Notes under the pieces: generated by a model | What the model saw: the letters and a program-made list of their open reading frames with translations, nothing else | Told to the model about the DNA's origin: nothing | Database searches by the model: none | Virus record (IMG/VR): IMGVR_UViG_3300036399_001951 | Coordinates: 32,001 to 96,000 of that record | Source: a virus | Length of the DNA stretch: 64,000 nt | Reading direction: 5' to 3' (one strand) | Translations under genes and position numbers: made by a program | Part shown: in pieces, positions 46,508 through 54,039 of the stretch | How the letters are laid out: the number at the start of each line of letters is the position of its first letter | Position numbering within the stretch: the first letter of the stretch is position 1

Positions 46508-47518
46508 ATGAAGAGAGTAGCTATAACCTCAGTATTTGCCAATCTTACCTATAATGATAAAAATCATAGAGGGCTCGAGGCAATGTTTTTTAAAAAAATG
46601 ATGGAGGAGAATGGGGCCCATGTTGATTGTGTTGGATATAAAAACCGTAATGTTCAAGACCTTGACTTTTACATTGATTATAATGATACTGATTTTTCTG
46701 AATACGGAGCAGTTATACTTCAATTAAGTACTGCTAATTTTTTCGGTGGACAGATGGGAGAACATTGCGAAAAGATATGTAATGATCTTGCTAAATATAC
46801 CGGAAAGATTTATATGCTAGTAAATGATCCTAGAATTCCTCCTATGAATTATGCTAAAGTGATTAGCGAAAGATTTAATCTATGCAATGATTCAGTTGAG
46901 GCATGGGATAAAATTATCGAAAATGCAACCTATCTTTTTTCAGGTAAAGATGTATCTAAGTATCTAGGGTGGAATCCTAAGAATTGGAAGCAATTGGATT
47001 GGTTTACTTATATATTCAAGCATCGATTCACTCAGGATGATTCTATTGATCTCTGGGAATCTTCTAATCAAGATTCAGATAAAGAATGGGATCTTGTCTA
47101 TTATGGAGATAAAAGAGGATCCTTTAGAGAAAATCAAATTAGAAAATATTTTCCATCTGATACCAATAATTTATTAATTGGATATAAATCAGATAAAGTT
47201 CCGGCTACATTCATGAAGAAGCTGCAACACTCCGACCTAATGAAAGAATTAGACAAAGTAAAAGTATCCCTAATAACTGGCGATGAGGAACATCTTAATA
47301 ATGTCACTACTTATAGATTTTATGAGACCCTTGCCTCTAATTGTCTGGCTGCGATTCAAATTGAATATGATCCAGAAAAAAGACTAATTCAAGACCCAGT
47401 TTTAAGAGATCTATTATATGTTAAGAATCAAAAAGACATTAAGAAACTAATTGATGCATGGTCTCCTGAATTAATTAATAGACAAAAAGCAGAACTTAGA
47501 AGAATTTTTAATATATAA
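46508..47518 (+). CDS. bgt: DNA beta-glucosyltransferase (T4 Bgt-like)
   Basis: NFFGG, KYTGKIYMLVNDPRIP, DLVYYGDKRGSFRE, LITGD...NNVTTYRFYETLASN collinear with T4 Bgt motifs. Confidence 0.8.
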   Translation: MKRVAITSVFANLTYNDKNHRGLEAMFFKKMMEENGAHVDCVGYKNRNVQDLDFYIDYNDTDFSEYGAVILQLSTANFFGGQMGEHCEKICNDLAKYTGKIYMLVNDPRIPPMNYAKVISERFNLCNDSVEAWDKIIENATYLFSGKDVSKYLGWNPKNWKQLDWFTYIFKHRFTQDDSIDLWESSNQDSDKEWDLVYYGDKRGSFRENQIRKYFPSDTNNLLIGYKSDKVPATFMKKLQHSDLMKELDKVKVSLITGDEEHLNNVTTYRFYETLASNCLAAIQIEYDPEKRLIQDPVLRDLLYVKNQKDIKKLIDAWSPELINRQKAELRRIFNI

Positions 47519-47591
47519 CAATAATAAATAACTGAGATGAAGATAAAAATTAATCCATCTGGTTCTCCGCCACATAGCTTCTTGTTAAGTT

Positions 47592-47786
47592 ATGAAAATG
47601 CGAGAGCATCGTTGGCTTTGGAGAGTCAACTGGGTCCATCTTAATGGATACCAAGCCCCAACTAGGACGGTTGAGGCTAAAACCAGAAAGGAAGCAATGA
47701 AACTTGCTAAAGAATCTTCTAGACTTGCGGATTTTCCGAAGAGCTGGAGATTCATCCTAACTAAACTATGGAAAGGGGACGAATAG
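47592..47786 (+). CDS. Small basic protein embedded in the structured RNA
   Basis: 64 aa with VEAKTRKEAMKLA, a pattern common in small phage proteins; stop codon lies in the terminator hairpin. Confidence 0.5.
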   Translation: MKMREHRWLWRVNWVHLNGYQAPTRTVEAKTRKEAMKLAKESSRLADFPKSWRFILTKLWKGDE

Positions 47787-47798
47787 TCCCCTTTTTTT
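47772..47798 (+). terminator. Rho-independent terminator
   Basis: AAAGGGGAC-gaata-GTCCCCTTTTTTT. Confidence 0.85.
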
Positions 47799-47828
47799 AG
47801 ATAAATAATAAAAATACTGTTTGTTCAA

Positions 47829-49781
47829 ATGCGTCATATACAGCCTTATGCAAATGATTTTATATTCGAATCAAATAATTTAGATAAATATTTTCCGGGC
47901 TTACCTGCTCTATTATATAGAGCGTCCAATGTTGATATAATATTAGAAGAGGGTAGAAATTTAAATCATATTGAATCCGTTATTCCAGAAGATATTCTAC
48001 TTGAAGCTGAATTAAATATGCTTCTTCATGAAGGATCAGCTGCAGTTACTAATTATCATAAAAATCTAGCGATTGGCAAAAACGTATTAGTTGAAAGCCT
48101 GGCTAATTCTATTCCGAAAGAGATAAAAGAAGCCTTTAATAAATTACAAAGAGAATTTAAAAAACTAAATAAAAGTCAGGTAAATAAAATATTTGAAGAG
48201 GCTGAGGCTAAATTAAATGCATCAGGCATGGATATCCCAACTGATTTTAAAGGAAAAGACGCGGCATTAAATGTATCCGGAATGGATATCCCAACTGATG
48301 CCGATGATGTTTCATCTGAATTCGAAAAAGATTTCCAAGACGTCATGAAAGGCATTGAATCAAATCACGACTTTGCTGCTCAAGTTCAACCTGGAGAGAG
48401 ACCTATATTATCTATTTTAAAAAATTTATGGAATGCATTAACAGAAGGTGGAAGTGCTATTGGAGTATTCCAATTTATATTAGATATAGTTGGCCTAGTA
48501 GGTAGCTTTTTTGAACCTATTGGAATGGTTGCTGATGCAATCAACGCTATCATCTATATGGTTAGAGGAAAATGGATGCTTGCTATAATCTGTGTAATTG
48601 CTGCAATAATTCCATTAGGTGGAGATATTATTAAAGGATTCTTTAAAGCAGGAACTAAGGCAGCTAAGCCGGTTATGGACATTGGCACCGTATACTTCTC
48701 AGCTGCAGGTAGAGCAACAGTCGGTTCAGCTACAATTTCTAAGGAAGTAGTTGAACTGGCGGCCAAAGCCTCTCCGGATAGTATTAAGGCTCTTAATTAT
48801 ATCGGAGCAAGTACAGGTCCTGCGGTTACTGGATTTATGAAATACGTAAAAGGTTTCTTTGATAAGTTTTTAGCATCAGTAGTTGGATGGATTCCTTTCA
48901 TTGGTAAGCCGCTAAGGTCTTTCTTTGAAGGAATTGGAAATATAATTGCTCAATTTGCAGGTAAGGCTACTAATTTTGCAAATGATATTCCTCAAATAAC
49001 AGCACAGGCACAGGCTAAGGTGCTAGATGATTTCTTTGCTGCAACTGCAGTTCAAGGTGCGGAAATTACAGCAAAGGGAGATAAATTAGTTGTTAAGAAT
49101 GCTAACGGAATCGTGGAGCTACCTGGAAATGTATTGAAGCATTCTGATATGTTGGCTAGCCGATATGGTAATCAACTATCTAACAATATATTAAAGCAGG
49201 TAGATAACAACGTTGCCGCTTTTTATACTTCAATGTCAAATGTTATTGGAAAAACAAGTAGTCAATATGGAAACCTTCAGAGATTTGGTAGAGGGGCAGT
49301 TAATACCTTTGTATTTACTAAAAAATTGCCTCTATTCATAGGTAAACAGGTTTTAAAATGGATTTCAGGAGATCCTACTCAGCAATTTACGGATTCCGAA
49401 TATGAGGCATGGGGAACTGCTGCCTTAAGTGATATGGCTCGTCAAAGAAGAGATAGGAACTTGGAAGAAAACCCAGATGCGTTTTATGATGTTCCAGTAT
49501 TCGATGGATTAGAGGACGATGAATTCACTAGAGTTGGAACTAAAGTCTTAAATGACTATGCTGAGAAATTTAATCTTCCAAGCATAGGCATGGTTGGTTA
49601 CTATACTCGTGGAGAAAAGGATAAATTACCAGAGGATGTAGAGAAATTCTACAATTCATGCTATGCTGATAGAGTAGGAAGTGGAATGTTACAGGATATG
49701 GAAAATTTTAGAGACGAAACTGGTATATTTGAATCTAAGCGTTCAGCTGGGATGAAGTATATTAAACCTTTTATTATTTAA
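47829..49781 (+). CDS. Tagged protein with a pre-toxin-TG-like hydrophobic hairpin
   Basis: LDIVGLVG..EPIGMVADAINAIIYMVRGKWMLAIICVIAAIIPLGGD. Confidence 0.55.
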   Translation: MRHIQPYANDFIFESNNLDKYFPGLPALLYRASNVDIILEEGRNLNHIESVIPEDILLEAELNMLLHEGSAAVTNYHKNLAIGKNVLVESLANSIPKEIKEAFNKLQREFKKLNKSQVNKIFEEAEAKLNASGMDIPTDFKGKDAALNVSGMDIPTDADDVSSEFEKDFQDVMKGIESNHDFAAQVQPGERPILSILKNLWNALTEGGSAIGVFQFILDIVGLVGSFFEPIGMVADAINAIIYMVRGKWMLAIICVIAAIIPLGGDIIKGFFKAGTKAAKPVMDIGTVYFSAAGRATVGSATISKEVVELAAKASPDSIKALNYIGASTGPAVTGFMKYVKGFFDKFLASVVGWIPFIGKPLRSFFEGIGNIIAQFAGKATNFANDIPQITAQAQAKVLDDFFAATAVQGAEITAKGDKLVVKNANGIVELPGNVLKHSDMLASRYGNQLSNNILKQVDNNVAAFYTSMSNVIGKTSSQYGNLQRFGRGAVNTFVFTKKLPLFIGKQVLKWISGDPTQQFTDSEYEAWGTAALSDMARQRRDRNLEENPDAFYDVPVFDGLEDDEFTRVGTKVLNDYAEKFNLPSIGMVGYYTRGEKDKLPEDVEKFYNSCYADRVGSGMLQDMENFRDETGIFESKRSAGMKYIKPFII

Positions 49782-50260
49782 CTAATTCGATCTAATATAA
49801 TTAATTGTTCCCTGTGTATTAATTCATATGCCTTCATGATAGGAACAAAGCCTGCCCAATCAATTTCATGTAATTGAAGTTGTTCTTTCGGAACTCGATC
49901 TTCAATCATACCTAATTGTCGAGGATCTTTAATATTTAGATAGAAATATATTAATTGATGGCTTAGTCTATTTCCTTTATAAATATCAATTACATCAGGT
50001 GAAGGATTTAAATCTGATGCTTCTATGATTATACCTGTTTCTTCTCTAAGTTCCCTAACTGCGGCATCAATAGGTTCTTCTCCTTCTTCTATTTTTCCCT
50101 TAGGAATTCCAAGAGCACTCTTTCTCCAACTAGCTCCAGTTGGGTGAACTAATAATATCTTACCTTCCCAGGATATCGCAACCCCTGCGGTATTTCTTCT
50201 AGCTGGACCAAATGCCATGTCTAGAGAAGATGAGCTATATTCATCAAATCCCTTTATCAT
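49778..50260 (-). CDS. NUDIX hydrolase
   Basis: Nudix box GKIEEGEEPIDAAVRELREETGI. Confidence 0.92.
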   Translation of the reverse strand: MIKGFDEYSSSSLDMAFGPARRNTAGVAISWEGKILLVHPTGASWRKSALGIPKGKIEEGEEPIDAAVRELREETGIIIEASDLNPSPDVIDIYKGNRLSHQLIYFYLNIKDPRQLGMIEDRVPKEQLQLHEIDWAGFVPIMKAYELIHREQLIILDRIS

Positions 50261-50429
50261 ATCTATTCTTGTATTTAGCTCGATTTATTTCTTCTCGTCT
50301 CTTAACTGACTTCTTTTTAAATGTTTTTCTCTCCTTAAGCTCTTTAATTGTGCTTAATTTATCAACCTTTTGTCGATATTCCTTTAGCGCATATTCAATT
50401 TTCTTATTACCAATTGGAATAACTATCAT
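50244..50429 (-). CDS. rpsU: Ribosomal protein bS21, phage-encoded
   Basis: MIVIPI...IEYALKEYRQKVDK..TIKELKERKTFKKKSVKRREEINRAKY matches Bacteroidota-type bS21. Confidence 0.85.
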   Translation of the reverse strand: MIVIPIGNKKIEYALKEYRQKVDKLSTIKELKERKTFKKKSVKRREEINRAKYKNRYDKGI

Positions 50430-51277
50430 AAATATTTTGAATAATTTAAAGTATGTTTAGATTTAATTAGAGCAGAATCATAAAACTTTCTTTTGTAATA
50501 TGATTTAGTGTGCTCCTCATTAATTTTATTTTTAACCCAATTAGGAAGTCGACTCTTATAGAAATCTCGATAAATAGACTCATATAATAATTTAGATTCA
50601 TGAGGATTTAAATCTAAATTTCGGTCAATTGATTCTACAAATATTTTTCCATTAATAGATTCAATTATATTTACATTATATACGTCTAAATTAAATTTCT
50701 TATTTATGGATTCACATATATTTTCTAGATCTTTAGAATATTGAAATCCGGTTAATTCTACGTCTAATGGAAATTTATTAATCCATTCAACTACACTAAT
50801 TGGATTACCTTTAAATCCTAAAACTTTAAATCTGGTTCTAGCAACTGGATTCTCTCTAAATTTAGAATATATCTTTTCTGCATTCCTTAAAGATCCAATT
50901 GATTTATGTTCGTCTTTAAAATTTTTACCTATTGCAGTTATTGGAAAAGTCAATGATTTTACATTTCTAATGCTATCCACTTCGCTTGGCAAATATCCAA
51001 GATCTTTAAATGATTCTAAAACTGATTCCTGATTTGGAAGCATTGTAGAATTGTATTTATGAGTTAGGCTCTCATTTATAATTTGAGTGGTCTCATTAAA
51101 GGTATCAGTGATAATAATTGGAAAGTCTATTGCAGCCTCCATTAAATCAAACTTATTCTTTATAACTTTAAAATAGGAATGATTAAAATTTTCACTCGTG
51201 GCTATTCCAATCTTATTTAAGAAATTAGAAGGATCCGAAGAGAATTGAGACGAATACTGATCGAAGCTCTTAATCAT
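50426..51277 (-). CDS. Degenerate ATP-grasp (RimK-like) protein
   Basis: LP.EV...LTFPITAIG...RFKVLGFKG...LDVYNVNIIESINGKIFVESID follows ATP-grasp motif order with substituted catalytic residues. Confidence 0.45.
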   Translation of the reverse strand: MIKSFDQYSSQFSSDPSNFLNKIGIATSENFNHSYFKVIKNKFDLMEAAIDFPIIITDTFNETTQIINESLTHKYNSTMLPNQESVLESFKDLGYLPSEVDSIRNVKSLTFPITAIGKNFKDEHKSIGSLRNAEKIYSKFRENPVARTRFKVLGFKGNPISVVEWINKFPLDVELTGFQYSKDLENICESINKKFNLDVYNVNIIESINGKIFVESIDRNLDLNPHESKLLYESIYRDFYKSRLPNWVKNKINEEHTKSYYKRKFYDSALIKSKHTLNYSKYL

Positions 51278-51300
51278 ATGATTTTTTATAAAGTTTTTAT

Positions 51301-51318
51301 TATTTATTCAAATAAATA
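51301..51318. promoter_or_regulatory. Back-to-back divergent late-type promoters
   Basis: TATTTAT-tcaa-ATAAATA between divergent genes starting at 51277 (-) and 51338 (+). Confidence 0.6.
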
Positions 51319-51337
51319 AAATAAAAGCTAGCAAAAG

Positions 51338-52435
51338 ATGAATTCATTTAGCACATGGCAACAATTAAACGAAGGCTTATTCAACCCAGCAAATAAAGGA
51401 AAAGAGGTCATGCTTACTCCGGACGGAAGAAAGCAAATTGTTAAATATAAAGTTCAAGGAGATAATAAGTTTTTAATAAAATTAATTAAAAATGCAAGTA
51501 TTATCGACGAAGGAGGAAATCTAACTAAGACGGGTGCTTCTAAAATGTTTGAATTTATTAATAATCAATTTGAGATTACTGATGTAATTGGAACATTAAG
51601 TGACGCTTGGTTTAAAGATAAAATTTTAATTTACACAGTTAAGAAGGATACTCAATACTCGGAAGGGGAAGGAGAAAAGGGAAGAGAAAAGGTTCAATTT
51701 ACCGTAGCAAATAGAGCAGATTTTCCAAAGCTTCCACCTGACGCTAAGTTTGTAAATTCGGCAATTGCCGAGACCGCGGGATCTGAAGAAAATGCAGCTG
51801 TTGTTACTCAAATTGTTACAGATAATAAGGAAACTGTCGTTAAGGATGATACTAATGAGAATCCAGAGGAAATAAGACAGGAAGAAACTCAAGATGTTGA
51901 AGTAGAAGAAACTCAAGATGATGCTCTTATTGGAAAGAAATTTAGATATTCCATGAGAACTAATGGAAAACTATATCTAATGGAGTTTATGAATAGTGGA
52001 GCTCTACAGGCTGATATAATTGGAGAAAGTAATCCGAACGGAGTAGTTAGTTATGAAAATAATGAATCAGGAGGAACCATCAATTGGACAACTGATATTG
52101 ATGATACGCAATCAAGCGTATCCTGGCTTAAAAATTGGGGATCAGGCACTCTATTTACAGATCAAGAAATCACTAATAAAGTTGATAGAGAATTTTTTCT
52201 TAAAATATTCACAGATGAAGAATATAGAAATAAGATCATTGCGGATTATGAAGCAGAGTGGGGAGGTTCAGAAATGACCGTTGAGAATCTAAGAAAGATG
52301 CTTTATTACAAGGACAATACTAGGATATTCCCTGAAGCAGGTAGTGTTGCAAGTAACGAACCTTCAGCAGAAGAAAAGGATTTACCTAGTGGATCCTACG
52401 GTGGAGGAGGAACTTATACAGGTCAAATCATTTAA
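51338..52435 (+). CDS. Hypothetical tagged protein
   Basis: 365 aa, starts MNSFSTWQQLNEG. Confidence 0.7.
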   Translation: MNSFSTWQQLNEGLFNPANKGKEVMLTPDGRKQIVKYKVQGDNKFLIKLIKNASIIDEGGNLTKTGASKMFEFINNQFEITDVIGTLSDAWFKDKILIYTVKKDTQYSEGEGEKGREKVQFTVANRADFPKLPPDAKFVNSAIAETAGSEENAAVVTQIVTDNKETVVKDDTNENPEEIRQEETQDVEVEETQDDALIGKKFRYSMRTNGKLYLMEFMNSGALQADIIGESNPNGVVSYENNESGGTINWTTDIDDTQSSVSWLKNWGSGTLFTDQEITNKVDREFFLKIFTDEEYRNKIIADYEAEWGGSEMTVENLRKMLYYKDNTRIFPEAGSVASNEPSAEEKDLPSGSYGGGGTYTGQII

Positions 52436-52452
52436 AAAATAAAATAAACGTT

Positions 52453-54027
52453 ATGTACAACCCGAAATTATACATGAATATTAAAAATTATGGGAATTAT
52501 ATTGCTGAAGCAAGCGCTGTCTTGTCAGAGGAATTGAACCCTAGATTAAAGCAATATCTAGAGGATGATCCTTTTCTTGAATATTTAGCAACTAAGTTTT
52601 CTTCTCTTGAATCTGGAGAAACATATGAATTAACTGATCTTCCAAAATCAGAGTATGGTCTTCGAGAAGAGGATAATATTTGGGTAAAAGTAGATAAGTC
52701 TGATCCTAAAATTCCTAAATTCATGATGTGGATTATGAATGATGAGTACCTATACGGTGGAATAGATTTCAACTTAGCTGCAACTATATTATATGAAGCA
52801 GGTAACGTAGGAAGTGCTGTTGGATACGTTGGAAATTTAATAGGCGGTTTATTCGGTAAAGGGGATCCCGGAGATTCTGGAACTGATGAAGATACTGTAG
52901 TGGCAGTTTGTGGAGCAATGGCTGCAATTGCAGCTGAAAAATCAGTTGATCCTAAATTATATTATGATAAGCTAGCAGAGGCATTCAATCAAAAATACGG
53001 AAGCTTAACTGATTTTTTAGAAACTGAATTTTCAGGTAGAGCAGAATCGGCAGCATTAGCTGCATTTAGACAACCAATTGACTCTTCAGTTTCTAGAGGT
53101 TTAAATCTTGGAAGTATTTTACTTGATATCGGACTTACTATTGTTACATTTGGAGGTGGAACCGTAGTAGCAAGTGCTTTAAGAGGAGCTGGAGCTGCCG
53201 CTAAATCTACTAGAATAGGAGCCGGGGTTGTAAACGTAGGAAGTAAACTTCTCAAAGGACCTGCAGCAATTGCAGCTAGATTTGGAGGATGGGTAGGACT
53301 AAGTGCTGCGCAAAAAACAACTTATTTAGGATCTGCGGTTAAAGTTGGAGAAGAAATAAGCTATATAACTCGAACTGGTAAAAATGCAGGAGCTGCAAAT
53401 GCATGTAAAATAATAGACATAACTGAAAACGGAGTTCAATTACAAAACGTGGCTAAAGGAAATACTTTTATGGCAAGTCTAGATGATTTTATATTAGGAG
53501 CTCCTGCAGCAACAGGTAATCGTATTTTAGATGCAGCTGGACTTACAGCTACTGCAGCTGGACTTGCATTAGCTACTAAAAAGACATCAGATATAGTTGG
53601 AGCATCTTCAAGTGATGTAAACGCAGACGGCGCAAATTGGGCAGAAAAGGGAGCTGAGATTATGGGCTGGTATGATACACTAGCCGCTGATCCAAATCAA
53701 TATATGGCATCTTTAGGAGGATCCGACGCAGCTGGATTGGCTCAAGCAATATTAGATTTAAAGAAAGGTTCTGGATTATTTGGAAATACTACCGATCAAG
53801 AAGAACTAGCAATGGCTCTTATTATATTAAGCTTAACTCCAGAAGGAGCAAAGCAGGTAAAAGATGAATATGCTAAACTAGACAATGTTCCGGTATATGC
53901 AGTAATCGACGACGAATTAGGAGGAGATATGGGTCTCTTTGCTAAATCTTACTGGTCAGCTTGTACTGGAGAAGGAAACATGACAGGGCCAATTAAAGGA
54001 ATCCTTACTAAGATTAGAAAAAAATAA
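52453..54027 (+). CDS. Tagged protein with two annexin-like repeats and a central hydrophobic Gly/Ala-rich region
   Basis: SGTDEDTV...AFNQKYGSLTDFLETEFSG and GNTTDQEE...VIDDELGG; likely start at ATG 52474. Confidence 0.55.
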   Translation: MYNPKLYMNIKNYGNYIAEASAVLSEELNPRLKQYLEDDPFLEYLATKFSSLESGETYELTDLPKSEYGLREEDNIWVKVDKSDPKIPKFMMWIMNDEYLYGGIDFNLAATILYEAGNVGSAVGYVGNLIGGLFGKGDPGDSGTDEDTVVAVCGAMAAIAAEKSVDPKLYYDKLAEAFNQKYGSLTDFLETEFSGRAESAALAAFRQPIDSSVSRGLNLGSILLDIGLTIVTFGGGTVVASALRGAGAAAKSTRIGAGVVNVGSKLLKGPAAIAARFGGWVGLSAAQKTTYLGSAVKVGEEISYITRTGKNAGAANACKIIDITENGVQLQNVAKGNTFMASLDDFILGAPAATGNRILDAAGLTATAAGLALATKKTSDIVGASSSDVNADGANWAEKGAEIMGWYDTLAADPNQYMASLGGSDAAGLAQAILDLKKGSGLFGNTTDQEELAMALIILSLTPEGAKQVKDEYAKLDNVPVYAVIDDELGGDMGLFAKSYWSACTGEGNMTGPIKGILTKIRKK

Positions 54028-54039
54028 AAATTCTAATTT

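Larger units (their letters stand above)
47531..47798 (+). ncRNA. Candidate highly structured RNA (six-way junction plus two hairpins)
   Basis: Eight stems traced by hand cover most of 47558-47753; GC-enriched; bounded by ATAAATA and a terminator. Confidence 0.5.

Noticed and set aside
47560-47790. tRNA or permuted tmRNA (CTCCGCCA at 47565, GGGGAC at 47775)
   Set aside because: No T-arm (GTTCRANTC) precedes the CCA, and the GGGGAC belongs to the terminator stem
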